DNA of 58,957 nucleotides from positions 1-58,957 of the forward strand of contig PFEU01000015.1 of the NCBI GenBank assembly GCA_002793515.1, given 5' to 3'. Every line of letters begins with the position of its first letter. Positions within the stretch are counted from its first letter, which is position 1. Both the position numbers and the translations under genes were made by a program. The notes under the pieces are model-generated. The model was not told where the DNA came from and searched no databases. It saw nothing but the letters and a program-made list of their open reading frames with translations. This document shows, one piece after another, positions 21,548 to 31,595 of the stretch. This DNA comes from Candidatus Uhrbacteria bacterium CG10_big_fil_rev_8_21_14_0_10_48_16. GTDB taxonomy: Bacteria > Patescibacteriota > Patescibacteriia > UBA9934 > GWF2-40-263.

Positions 21548-23404
21548 TTAAAGTTCGGTTTCGCTATTATCAGGAAGCTCTTCATCTAACCCATCAAGTT
21601 CCTGTTGGTCTGATTGACACGCACTCGAAGAGGCGATTCCGTTACAACAATAAGGTCTTTCCGCATCCCGCCCTTCCGTACAATTTGCCCCTGGTCCAAT
21701 CGCTGGATACATACAGATCTGATAAGCGCTCTTGATGTCATTCGTCAGAACCGGCCAATAGTCCCACCCTCCGAGATCTGTACTTACGAATGTTGGGTGC
21801 TCGATCAATACGGTCGTGCGTTCATTCGTATCATCATTGGACTTTCGAATGGCAAACCATGACTCATAATACGGATCTGGCCATAACGACACACTATGTG
21901 TTTTTACGGTTGAAGACTTGAGGTAGGTGTTAAACGTGATTTCTATATCATTTGTCTGATTGATTTCGTCTTCTTCAATACCTGGATCAAGTCCCCCATC
22001 AATAATCTGTGGGACTGAGTCCTCAATGTCGTCTGTGGTTGTGAAGTTCCAAGAGTAATCATCGTTCTCCTCCCCGTCTGCACAGTCTATTGTGTCCGTT
22101 GCAGATCCACAGGCATCTCCATCGTTATCTCCATCGAGTGAGTTTGACGCAGCGTCCACCACTCCATCAAATGTATATCCTGCTGGTTCTGCTTGCGGGA
22201 TCTCGTCTTCATTCAATGTCGCCGCGTGGGCAAAGGCTTCAATTGCCTGATTGGTTGGGAGGCAGTAAATGGTGTCTCCACAGGGATCTTCCCCGCAAGC
22301 GTCTGTCGTCGTGAAACTAATCGTTCGGTACGCGTTACTAATCTCGAACGTTCCTTCCACGTTTACCCCCAACGCATCAAACACTTCAATATTGGTGAAG
22401 TACGATTCTTCGCTGGCAATATACGAACCCGTCGTTGCCACAGGGTCCATGGCTTCAGAGAAGTTAATCTCAATCGTGATATTTCTTGGTTCGGTAGCAT
22501 CTTGCTGTGGAACAACTGACGTGACATACGGAGGGGTCAAATCAATCTCTGTTGAAACTTCAAACGTCCAGCTATACCCACTTGAATAAGCTCCAGAAAA
22601 CGCGGATGACCCATCATCTTTTTGAATACTGGTTGTAAGGATGACCGTATAATTTGTATCCTCTTCAGAACTTCCCAGGTAATCCACTGGATCGAACACA
22701 AAGATTTCAAAATCTTCGTCATACGTTACGACAACTTCCTCTTCTGTAAGAGCTCCCCCTGGACCGTCTTCAGTTGGGTAGATGATAATGCTGTCTGTAT
22801 TCAAATAATCAACCGTATCCGTATTTCCGTCATAATTACTAGCAATAGATTCTGGGTCGATCGCTTCCTTAAAGCTCACGAAGATCCGTGTGTTGCGAGC
22901 GATATCTTGTGCATCGCGCTCAGGATAGTGATCATCCAGAATCCCTCCTCCAAGTGAACCTGAGAGCGGTTCACTGAACGCATCGGCAATCGCTGACGAT
23001 GTTCCGGTAAACGCCGCATCAAGAAGACGATTCAAAATAAACGTCGTGATGCTATACGCAGAGAAAATAATAAACAGTCCAATGATGGATTGTTGAAAAA
23101 TCTTTTTGGCTTTTTTTATCGGATCCGGTTCTCCACGCGCGAGGAGATACAAAAACCCCGCATAAATAACCAAACAGACAAAAATGATTCCAACAAGCGT
23201 TAAAGCCACGCGAATCACTCGAGCAACAATGACGGCGATATTATCTGTTGGAAGGGTTGTGGCTGTTCCAAATTGTTCAAACGCCGTTTCCTGAGCCAAT
23301 GCTGGAGGAGCGCCGAGAACGAAAAACAAAACACAAAATGCAACGACTCCAAGCAGGAGCGCGCGCGAATGGGGTACGACTAATTTCATAAAGAGACGAT
23401 GCAT
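21548..23404 (-). CDS. VirB2-like pilin fused to two Ig-like (Big_5) domains
   Basis: Signal peptide ends ALA. Pilin motif YAGFLYLLARGEPDPIKKAKKI. Big_5-like segments RNTRIFVSFKEAIDP and PYVTSVVP...NITIEINFSEAMDP. Confidence 0.85.
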   Translation of the reverse strand: MHRLFMKLVVPHSRALLLGVVAFCVLFFVLGAPPALAQETAFEQFGTATTLPTDNIAVIVARVIRVALTLVGIIFVCLVIYAGFLYLLARGEPDPIKKAKKIFQQSIIGLFIIFSAYSITTFILNRLLDAAFTGTSSAIADAFSEPLSGSLGGGILDDHYPERDAQDIARNTRIFVSFKEAIDPESIASNYDGNTDTVDYLNTDSIIIYPTEDGPGGALTEEEVVVTYDEDFEIFVFDPVDYLGSSEEDTNYTVILTTSIQKDDGSSAFSGAYSSGYSWTFEVSTEIDLTPPYVTSVVPQQDATEPRNITIEINFSEAMDPVATTGSYIASEESYFTNIEVFDALGVNVEGTFEISNAYRTISFTTTDACGEDPCGDTIYCLPTNQAIEAFAHAATLNEDEIPQAEPAGYTFDGVVDAASNSLDGDNDGDACGSATDTIDCADGEENDDYSWNFTTTDDIEDSVPQIIDGGLDPGIEEDEINQTNDIEITFNTYLKSSTVKTHSVSLWPDPYYESWFAIRKSNDDTNERTTVLIEHPTFVSTDLGGWDYWPVLTNDIKSAYQICMYPAIGPGANCTEGRDAERPYCCNGIASSSACQSDQQELDGLDEELPDNSETEL

Positions 23405-23610
23405 GGCGGGTGCGCCTCAAGACCAACTGGGTAATGTGGTCATGCGTACATCTATTGTAGCTTATTTACCCACTTCTTCGCAGTGTCTCATTGTGGATAG
23501 AACCAAAAAGAAAAGCCCCGAGTGAAGTCGAGTGTCCTCCTTGGGTGATATGACTCACACAAGAGGCTCTTCTTCACACGAGGCACGTGTGCCGCTTCGA
23601 CCGATGTGGT

Positions 23611-24363
23611 CTAGACGGAGTCGTGGTCGTAGTCCTCTTCGTCCTCTTCGACGATCGGCTCGCCGGTGAGAAGGTTGATTCGAGGCTCGTCATTGTGAAG
23701 ACCGTAGGGGTAGGTGGGATCTGCGGGATCATCACCGTCACTCTCCCAGTCCCAGAAGATCAGACCATCCTCCCACATGTCGAGCTTGTACCACCCACGG
23801 CTCGGTGGCGCAATGTGAGCGGGCATCATGATGCCAGGACGAATGGAGTAGATGACGATGAACTTGCCCCAGTCACACTCCTTGACCTGAGCGATCACGG
23901 TGACGGTCTTGGTCAAGGGGGCGCGCGATCCGTCGACGACGAACTCCCCCTTGAGCCCCTTGCGAAGGGGCCTCAACTCGAACTCCTCGGGCCTGAGGTC
24001 GTGGTCTTCCACCTCCACGATTCGCTCCTGACCGTCTGCGTCGCTGACGGTGTACTGAAGGCGATAAGCCGGGTCAGCCAACTGATCCACCATGGACGTC
24101 CAGCCGACGAAGAAATCGAAATCGAACTCCACCGCGTTGGATCCGCCGTGCGGAGGACGCTGACGCAGGATCTCGTGCACCACCTTCTCCTGGAACCAGA
24201 GCTCATCAATGAACTGCGCCGGGAAGTCCCAGAGAGCAAAGTTGCCCGCCTTCTGGACGGTACGGCCACGGAAGTGACGTTCACGAATGATCTTGTTCTG
24301 TCCGTTGTCCAAGACCACCGCCACGATCTCCCCACTCGGAAGCGTAAACCTACGAGGCTTCAT
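23611..24363 (-). CDS. Hypothetical protein (GC3-rich orphan)
   Basis: ATG at 24363 after a CAGGAG SD, with promoter TTGACA(24463-24458)-17-TATCTT. C/G-ending codons and an acidic C-terminus. Confidence 0.7.
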   Translation of the reverse strand: MKPRRFTLPSGEIVAVVLDNGQNKIIRERHFRGRTVQKAGNFALWDFPAQFIDELWFQEKVVHEILRQRPPHGGSNAVEFDFDFFVGWTSMVDQLADPAYRLQYTVSDADGQERIVEVEDHDLRPEEFELRPLRKGLKGEFVVDGSRAPLTKTVTVIAQVKECDWGKFIVIYSIRPGIMMPAHIAPPSRGWYKLDMWEDGLIFWDWESDGDDPADPTYPYGLHNDEPRINLLTGEPIVEEDEEDYDHDSV

Positions 24364-24514
24364 CTCGACTCCTGCCGGAAATGCCGGTTCAGGTTCGACA
24401 GTGCTGGAGTGAATCCCCAACTTGCGAACGACAAAAGATACCAGAAAATGGCACTTTTGTCAATCTACCAATCAAAAAACAGGCTGAAAAGCCTGTTTTT
24501 AACACTCTGTCCTT

Positions 24515-25270
24515 TTATCCAATCTGTTGGAGGAAGATGGTGAAGAAGGCGAAGAGCACGGCAACGACCACCGTGACAAATATTCCTGAGGTAATCTTTG
24601 AGATTGCGGACTCATGAGCCTCATCTCTAAACGAAGCGGTCATATAGTCAAACCCTCCACTCAAGATCATCGTAATCGCCACCACCCCTAACCAGAGCAT
24701 GAGTACGCGAACAATGCGCAACAGAAATATCGTATACGAAGATGTTGTTGAGAAGTTTTCTATCAGAGGAATAGAAGCATGCGCATCTTGCGTGAGAAAC
24801 CCAAGTCCAATCAAGACAGGGAAAAAGACTCCGAGGAGCGATCCAACGATGGATTTCACGCGGTTTCCATCTGCCCGACCAGCAACCGCTTTCATCGCTG
24901 AGCCCATGGCTTTCCCCATATCCGCTTTGGTTGTTGCTCCAGACTGTTCAACGGCCTCTTTCACAACCGCCAACAATGCTTCATCACTCATCTCAGCCGG
25001 AAGATATGCTTGCAAGACAGACACTTCAGTCTGTGCACTTACAGCCATATCCTCACGACCTCCTGCGATAAACGATTCGATGGAGTCCTTAAGTTGCTTC
25101 ATCTGCGCTTTGATCACCCCCTGCACTTCTTCATCTGAAAGTTCATGCTGAAGATCAATCTGCTTATTCTTTATCGCAGATAGCAACAAACGCAACGTGG
25201 ATAGCGTTGCGTTGTCTTTGGCTTTCATAGCCAGTTTCATGTTCTGTGTAATCGTCTCTGTCAAAGACAT
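24515..25270 (-). CDS. yqeY: GatB/YqeY domain protein fused to a C-terminal VirB2-like pilin
   Basis: Residues 1-145 are YqeY-like (AMKAKD...LRLLLSAIKN...DMGKAMG...ADGNRV). They are followed by a hydrophobic stretch ending AHA and a pilin-like SGGFDYMTA...AISKI segment. Confidence 0.85.
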   Translation of the reverse strand: MSLTETITQNMKLAMKAKDNATLSTLRLLLSAIKNKQIDLQHELSDEEVQGVIKAQMKQLKDSIESFIAGGREDMAVSAQTEVSVLQAYLPAEMSDEALLAVVKEAVEQSGATTKADMGKAMGSAMKAVAGRADGNRVKSIVGSLLGVFFPVLIGLGFLTQDAHASIPLIENFSTTSSYTIFLLRIVRVLMLWLGVVAITMILSGGFDYMTASFRDEAHESAISKITSGIFVTVVVAVLFAFFTIFLQQIG

Positions 25271-25282
25271 ACGATTGTGTTT

Positions 25283-25528
25283 TTAGCGACGGCGAGGTCC
25301 TCCTCGATCCGTTTCATCGAGCTGTCCAATACGGATAAGGTACTGACGTTTTACTCCCGTCACAATACGACGAAGCGCACTTCGTTTGACCTTTGCTTTG
25401 TTAGGCTCGCTCTCATGAAAGCGGATCTTTCGTGTTTGCAACATGTTTCCACTTTGCTGAACACGTCGACTAAATCGACGATAGAGACCCTCAAAACTCT
25501 CACCTTTTCGACGTTTTACGTTAACCAC
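25283..25528 (-). CDS. rpsU: 30S ribosomal protein bS21
   Basis: VKRRKGESFEGLYRRFSRRVQQSG; GTG start after AAAGGA; rpsU-yqeY synteny. Confidence 0.85.
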   Translation of the reverse strand: MVNVKRRKGESFEGLYRRFSRRVQQSGNMLQTRKIRFHESEPNKAKVKRSALRRIVTGVKRQYLIRIGQLDETDRGGPRRR

Positions 25529-25616
25529 ACGTTTTCCTTTCAACAAAAATTAAATTCAACAGGATTATGCGAGAAATGCCCTATTTTGTCAAGTCTTTCC
25601 GAGAAAGATTTGATCC

Positions 25617-27053
25617 CTAAGCAACTTCTACGGGTGACTGCATAATCGGATCAACTCCTTCTTCGTGACGAAGCTTCTTTTTTACGAGCCCAACGACTTT
25701 CTTCACATCAACAATCTCTTGTGCTCCTGACTCCATATCACGAATGATAATCGTCTCATCTAGGACTTCCTTTTGACCGAGAATCAGTGTGAACTGTACC
25801 CCAAGCTTATTTGCGACATCGAGCTGTGCCTTCAAGGCATTCTTTCCAAAGGCTTCTGCCACGGGAATTTTCGCCTGACGGAAATCTTCAAACAATTGAA
25901 GACCAATGCGACGAGCCGCGTCTCCAAGCTGAGCAAAAAATACTTGTGGTTGTGGTCGTTCAGGTGGATTAATCCCCTTTGCTTCTAAGGCACGTGAGAT
26001 TCTCTCAATCCCTAAAGCAAATCCGCAACCTGGTGTCTCTGGACGCCCACCAAGTAATTCAACAAGCCCATCATAACGCCCTCCTCCCCCAAGAGCGACT
26101 TGCGCTTTTGCGCCTTCATCGTCTGCGAGGACAAACTCAAAGACCGTGTGTGTGTAGTAATCAAGTCCTCGTACCAAGTAAGGATTAAGCACAAATGGCA
26201 CTTCCACTTCTTCCAAAAACTCCAAAACTTTCATGAAGTGCTCCTTTGACTTATCGTCCAGCCAATCAAGAATCTGTGGGGCTCCCTCAAGAAGTTCGCG
26301 TGTCACCTCTTCTTTACTATCTAAAATACGCAATGGATTCTTTTGAAGACGACGCTTATCCTCATCTGAAAGTTTATTTCGGTGCTGACGGAAATAGGCG
26401 ACAAGCTCGGCAAGATACGCCTGACGACACTCCGTCGTCCCAATGGAATTGATTTGGACTTTTACGTCCAATCCGAGTTCACGCAAGATCTGATATCCGA
26501 TCACGATCAATTGCGCATCTACAATCGGTTCGTTCACCCCAAAACTTTCAAACCCCGCCTGGTAAAACTGACGATATCGACCAGCTTGTGGGCGATCATG
26601 TCGGAACATGGGACCGGTGTACCACATCTTTACGGGCTGTGGGCGATCGAGCATGCCATGACTGATATAGGCGCGAGCCGCACTGGCTGTTGCTTCTGGA
26701 CGCAAAGAGACAGAACGATTTGAAGGATCCGTAAACGTATACATTTCCTTTTCAACGATATCTGTTCCTTTTCCAATCGTTCGATTAAACAATTCAGATC
26801 GCTCGAGAATAGGGAGCTCAATTCGATCAAAGCTGTATGCTTCTGCCATCGAACGAACGGTATCTCGAATCAAGTTCCATCGTCCTTGATCATCAGAAAG
26901 AATGTCTCGAAAACCGCGCAACAGATCAAACGTTTTTCCAGATTTTTGTTCTCCGTCCTCTTCTTTTTCTTTTTTGACAACAGCAGGCTTTGTGACGGAC
27001 TTAGGAGCCGTTGCCTTTGTTGGCACTTTCTTTTTCGCAGGCATAGGAATCAT
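25617..27053 (-). CDS. hisS: Histidine--tRNA ligase
   Basis: LRGFRD, LRPEATA, FRHDRPQAGRYRQFYQ, LVRGLDYY and GGGGRYDGL. Confidence 0.97.
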   Translation of the reverse strand: MIPMPAKKKVPTKATAPKSVTKPAVVKKEKEEDGEQKSGKTFDLLRGFRDILSDDQGRWNLIRDTVRSMAEAYSFDRIELPILERSELFNRTIGKGTDIVEKEMYTFTDPSNRSVSLRPEATASAARAYISHGMLDRPQPVKMWYTGPMFRHDRPQAGRYRQFYQAGFESFGVNEPIVDAQLIVIGYQILRELGLDVKVQINSIGTTECRQAYLAELVAYFRQHRNKLSDEDKRRLQKNPLRILDSKEEVTRELLEGAPQILDWLDDKSKEHFMKVLEFLEEVEVPFVLNPYLVRGLDYYTHTVFEFVLADDEGAKAQVALGGGGRYDGLVELLGGRPETPGCGFALGIERISRALEAKGINPPERPQPQVFFAQLGDAARRIGLQLFEDFRQAKIPVAEAFGKNALKAQLDVANKLGVQFTLILGQKEVLDETIIIRDMESGAQEIVDVKKVVGLVKKKLRHEEGVDPIMQSPVEVA

Positions 27054-27068
27054 GAGGTTAACACGTGT

Positions 27069-27677
27069 TTAAAGATTGTATTCCGGAAGATCAAATGTCC
27101 CCATACGTGAGAACGGAAGTCCTCGAACCCACACACGACCGATGACATCGTCACTTTGAATAGGACCAAAGCTTCGTGAATCCAGAGAGGCATCTCTATT
27201 ATCTCCAAAGACATAATATTCATCCTCACCTAATGTCACTCTAACTTTCCCATTTGTTTGTTCGTCATCGAGATATTCCTCTTCCAAGACAAGGCCGTTT
27301 GGATGTTCAACATTATAGATAATCACGTTGCCTCCTGTAATTTCTACGGTTTCCCCTGGAAGGCCAACGATTCTCTTGATAAAAAACTGACTTGGATCTC
27401 GTGGATAACGGAAGACCAGAATTTCTCCTCGGAACGGATCACGGAATCGATATGTCAGCTCATCTATAATAAGGTACTCGTGATCATAGAAGTTTGGCTC
27501 CATGGATGCGCCTTTCACATAAAAAGGTTGGATCAAGAAGTATCGGATCGGAATAATAATCGCACTTGAGATAAGAACGATCTGAACAACCTCAAATAAG
27601 AAAGAGGCGACCGCTCCACCTACCGGGCCAAAGCGCTTGTATAATTTTTCCTCAACGGAAGAAAACCGTGCTTGCAT
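27069..27677 (-). CDS. lepB: Signal peptidase I
   Basis: GASMEPN (catalytic Ser), FIKRIVGLPGE (catalytic Lys) and GDNRDASLDSR. Confidence 0.96.
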   Translation of the reverse strand: MQARFSSVEEKLYKRFGPVGGAVASFLFEVVQIVLISSAIIIPIRYFLIQPFYVKGASMEPNFYDHEYLIIDELTYRFRDPFRGEILVFRYPRDPSQFFIKRIVGLPGETVEITGGNVIIYNVEHPNGLVLEEEYLDDEQTNGKVRVTLGEDEYYVFGDNRDASLDSRSFGPIQSDDVIGRVWVRGLPFSRMGTFDLPEYNL

Positions 27678-27794
27678 ACGTAAAAGGTTGGAGACAGTAA
27701 AATCTTCTCAACCCTACCAAAAATTTGGGTCCAAAGCAAGGGAATGACCATAGAGCAAAACAAAACAACCGCAACAGGAGCGTTGTGGTTGTTT

Positions 27795-27871
27795 TGGTGG
27801 ACGTTGGAGGACTCGAACCTCCGACCTCTGTCGTGTGAGGACAGCGCTCTAACCAGCTGAGCTAAACGTCC
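27795..27871 (-). tRNA. tRNA-Val(CAC)
   Basis: GGACGTT...CTGTC-CTCACAC-GACAG...GGTTCGAGTCC...AACGTCC-A-CCA cloverleaf, 77 nt. Confidence 0.95.
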
Positions 27872-27971
27872 ATATTTCCAGAATAAGCTCCAAAAAAATA
27901 CCACGCTTTTCATATTCCTTCAACCTCTTGAACGGATGGATAATTTTCGTTATAATAGGGACTGAGGAGTT

Positions 27972-29612
27972 ATGGACAAACATAAAATTGACCTTCTGAA
28001 CGAGCATCCGCACCAGCGCACGCAAAAGCGATCGCCGGTTCTTTTTTTTGGACGCACGCTCGCCATTCTCCTGATCACAGGAGCAACGGTCGGTGCGGTA
28101 TTTTCCTATCAAGTCAGCTCGACTTCTGAAAGCACAGGAACATTCCCAACGATTTCTTTTTTCTCCACCATCAAGCATCTTGTCACTTCAGATGACAAAT
28201 CATTAGACGGAGAGGATTCAGATCGAGTCAATTTTCTTCTTATGGGAATTGGAGGCGAAGGACACGATGGTCCCCAGTTAACCGACACCATCATCTTCAC
28301 CAGCTACAAACCATCCGATGGATCGGTTGCCATGATGTCGCTTCCACGCGACATGACTGTTCCGATTCCGGACTATGGATACCGAAAAGTAAACCATGCG
28401 AATGCTTACGGGGAAATGGAAGAGACAGGATCAGGTCCCATCCTCGCCTCGCAAGTCATTGGGGAAGTTCTTGATCAAGATATTCACTATTATCTGCGTG
28501 TCGACTTTAACGGATTTGCAGAATTTATTGACGCCATTGGAGGGGTCGATGTCTACGTAGATAATTCCTTTACCGATCCAAATTATCCAAGCCACGGAAA
28601 AGAATACGATACGTGTGGATACGAGGAACCAAGTGAAGACACCGTGGTCGAACAGGAAGAGCCTAGTGAGCTCGCACAAATTCTCGCCATCGACTCAGAA
28701 GAACAAGGAATTTTAGAAGAGGCGTTACTTGAAGAAAATACGCCAGAAGTTGTTCCCAACTACTCTTGTCGATACGAGACCCTCACCTTCTTTGAAGGAT
28801 GGACACACATGGATGGACAAACGGCTCTCAAGTTTGCGCGTTCCCGCCATGGAAATAATGGTGAAGGATCCGACTTTGCTCGTTCAGAGCGTCAGCAGAA
28901 AATTATTCTTGCCGCAAAAGATAAGGTCCTTTCCGCCTCGACGTTCCTCAATCCTTCCCGCATTTCAAAAATGCTTGAAGCACTGAAGGATAACATCGCC
29001 ACAAATCTCGATGTGTGGGAGATTGTTCGTCTCGCCACAGAGCTCAAAGACGTCAGTGCGTCTGAGATCACCCACCACGTCATCGATGCTTCTAGCTCCT
29101 CTCCGTTATACTCGACGGTCCTCAATGGGGCGTATGTCCTTCTTCCAAAAAATGATGACTGGTCCCCGATTCAAAACATTGCGGAAAACATCTTCACCCC
29201 AGATGACGAGCTAAGCGCGAGTTTTGCCCAGGCCCCTGAGCAAAAACCAAAATTTGTTCGCGTGGAAATCCAGAACGGAACAAACATTACGGGTCTGGCC
29301 TTCACAGCCTCTCAACTTCTCGACGGACAAGGTTTTGACGTGATCAAGGTCGGAAACGCGAGCACACGAGGGTATGAGCATACCGTTATTTACGACCTCA
29401 CAAATGGACAACGTTCAGAAGAACTCAAAGCTCTTCGAGACTTTCTCCAAGCGGATGTCACACTTTCGGCAACAGGATGGCTCATTAGTGGAGATATTGT
29501 GCCAAAAGAGATCACATTTACCTCGGACGACTCAGAACAGCTCACTACACAAGACGACGTAGATTTCCTCATCATCCTAGGCGAAAGCGCCTCATCCCTT
29601 GCCAGAAACTAG
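27972..29612 (+). CDS. LCP (LytR-CpsA-Psr) family protein with LytR_C domain
   Basis: TM, LTDTII, SLPRD, FARSRH...SDFARSERQQ, and C-terminal VEIQNGTNITGLA. Confidence 0.93.
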   Translation: MDKHKIDLLNEHPHQRTQKRSPVLFFGRTLAILLITGATVGAVFSYQVSSTSESTGTFPTISFFSTIKHLVTSDDKSLDGEDSDRVNFLLMGIGGEGHDGPQLTDTIIFTSYKPSDGSVAMMSLPRDMTVPIPDYGYRKVNHANAYGEMEETGSGPILASQVIGEVLDQDIHYYLRVDFNGFAEFIDAIGGVDVYVDNSFTDPNYPSHGKEYDTCGYEEPSEDTVVEQEEPSELAQILAIDSEEQGILEEALLEENTPEVVPNYSCRYETLTFFEGWTHMDGQTALKFARSRHGNNGEGSDFARSERQQKIILAAKDKVLSASTFLNPSRISKMLEALKDNIATNLDVWEIVRLATELKDVSASEITHHVIDASSSSPLYSTVLNGAYVLLPKNDDWSPIQNIAENIFTPDDELSASFAQAPEQKPKFVRVEIQNGTNITGLAFTASQLLDGQGFDVIKVGNASTRGYEHTVIYDLTNGQRSEELKALRDFLQADVTLSATGWLISGDIVPKEITFTSDDSEQLTTQDDVDFLIILGESASSLARN

Positions 29613-29684
29613 AAAATAGCCCAGAGTCCCGACACAAGCGTCGGGACTTTTGTCTCAAAGATAAAATCCCATTACAATACGTAT

Positions 29685-31049
29685 ATGCCTCATCAACCTC
29701 CCGTGGTCGCCCTGATCGGTCGAGCTAACGTTGGAAAATCTTCCATCTTCAATCGTCTTCTGGAAACGCAGAAGGCGCTTGTTTCAGATGTCGCTGGAAC
29801 AACCCGCGATCGAAACGAGGGCGACTGTCTCTGGAGAGGTCGGATTATTCGACTTGTTGATACCGGAGGAATGGACATCAACACAAAGGACGACATGGAA
29901 CTCAACATCCTCAAACAAGCGGAGTTTGCCATCGCGCGTGCTGATATTCTTCTCTTTGTCCTTGACGCAAAAACGGGAGCGATGCCACAAGAGCGTGCCT
30001 TGGCCGATCATATTCGAGAATCAGGAAAGCCTGTGATCGTTGTTGCGAACAAAGCAGAAAAAGTGGCTGAACGCCTAAGTGTCTCCAATCGAGAATGGCA
30101 ATTCCCTGGACTCCCAGAACCTCTTCCTGTTTCAGCGGCACGAGGAAGTGGACTTGGAGATCTTCTCGATCAGGTGTACGAAAAACTAGAAGCTCTTGGA
30201 AAACCGGCGGTTGACCCATTTGAAACAGATGCCATCAAAGTTGCCGTGATTGGAAAACCAAACGTTGGGAAATCAACCCTTCTTAACGCCATCCTTGGAG
30301 AAGAACGTTTCATCACGTCTCCTATTTCGCACACTACCCGCGAACCAAATGACATGCTGATCACGTTGAATGACAAACGTTATCTGTTTATCGATACCGC
30401 TGGAATGCGAAAACAAGGAAAGGTGAAAAAAGCGGGAGGACTTGAAGAAGCCGCTGTACGACGAAACGAACACATCGTGAAAATGGCAGACGTGACCATT
30501 CTCGTCATGGATGCAAGTCAACCTATTGGAAATCAAGAAAAGACGCTCGCTGGTTTTCTTAAAGATTCTGGATCTGCCGTGATCATTGTGGCAAATAAAT
30601 GGGATCTCATCGAAGACAAGAACACCACCACCATGAATCGCTACCGTGAATACTTTGCGGGAACACTTCCCTTCCTCAACTGGGCTCCTGTCATGTTCCT
30701 TTCGGCTCTCACAAAGCAACGTGTGAACACGCTCTTTGCTGAAATTGATCGGGTCTATGCCAACCGTGCCATCGAGATTCCAAATAAAGATCTCGCAGAA
30801 TTTCTCACAGAGGCACAGACACGTCACAAACCGATGATTGGAAAAGGAAAGACCGTTCCGAAACTCCTTGGATTCAAACAGATGAAATCAGAACCTCCTC
30901 GTTTTGACTTAATCCTCAAAGCAAGACGAACAGATGCCCTCTCAGTTGCATACATTCGCTTTTTAGAAAACCGTTTACGTGAAAAATTTAATCTCACCGG
31001 CACCCCTCTGAGAATCAACATTCGTATCGCCCGAGCTGTGTCAAAATAG
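29685..31049 (+). CDS. der: Ribosome biogenesis GTPase Der (EngA)
   Basis: Two GTPase domains (GRANVGKS and GKPNVGKS) and a KH-like C-terminus. Confidence 0.96.
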   Translation: MPHQPPVVALIGRANVGKSSIFNRLLETQKALVSDVAGTTRDRNEGDCLWRGRIIRLVDTGGMDINTKDDMELNILKQAEFAIARADILLFVLDAKTGAMPQERALADHIRESGKPVIVVANKAEKVAERLSVSNREWQFPGLPEPLPVSAARGSGLGDLLDQVYEKLEALGKPAVDPFETDAIKVAVIGKPNVGKSTLLNAILGEERFITSPISHTTREPNDMLITLNDKRYLFIDTAGMRKQGKVKKAGGLEEAAVRRNEHIVKMADVTILVMDASQPIGNQEKTLAGFLKDSGSAVIIVANKWDLIEDKNTTTMNRYREYFAGTLPFLNWAPVMFLSALTKQRVNTLFAEIDRVYANRAIEIPNKDLAEFLTEAQTRHKPMIGKGKTVPKLLGFKQMKSEPPRFDLILKARRTDALSVAYIRFLENRLREKFNLTGTPLRINIRIARAVSK

Positions 31050-31055
31050 ATCTCT

Positions 31056-31595
31056 ATGAACGTTCTTTTAGGACTCGGAAACCCTGGATCAGAATATGAA
31101 CGCACACGTCACAACGTGGGCTTTCTTGTATTAGACGAACTTGCTCGTCAACAGGGCGTCACCTTTACTTCAAAGCGATCCCTTGAAGCGGAGGTTACTG
31201 AAATACTCCTCAACGAAACACGTGTGCTCCTTGCTAAACCGCAAACATTCATGAATGCGAGCGGTCGAACCCTTTCCTCCATTCTTTCAAAATATCCCGT
31301 TTCCCCTGAAGATGTATTGGTCGTGTACGACGATGCAGATCTTCCGTTTTCTGATATTCGATTGCGCACAAGTGGAGGAAGCGCCGGGCATCGGGGCATG
31401 GAGTCCCTCTTGTCCGTCCTCCCAAAGGGAACGGGGCTGACTCGTATGCGTATCGGGATTGGGCGACCATCTCACCCGGATATTCCTCTGGACGAATTTG
31501 TCTTAGGTCGATGGACACCCGCAGAAGAAGAAGCGCTTCCAACCATTTTTGCCACCGCCATCCAATTGATTGAGCAGGAGCTCACAGGGCTATGA
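31056..31595 (+). CDS. pth: Peptidyl-tRNA hydrolase
   Basis: GLGNPG..Y..TRHNVGF, KPQTFMNASG and GGSAGHRG. Confidence 0.96.
   Translation: MNVLLGLGNPGSEYERTRHNVGFLVLDELARQQGVTFTSKRSLEAEVTEILLNETRVLLAKPQTFMNASGRTLSSILSKYPVSPEDVLVVYDDADLPFSDIRLRTSGGSAGHRGMESLLSVLPKGTGLTRMRIGIGRPSHPDIPLDEFVLGRWTPAEEEALPTIFATAIQLIEQELTGL

Noticed and set aside
23587-24543. 318-aa plus-strand ORF
   Set aside because: Antisense shadow of the GC3-rich minus-strand gene, which has the promoter, SD and codon bias.
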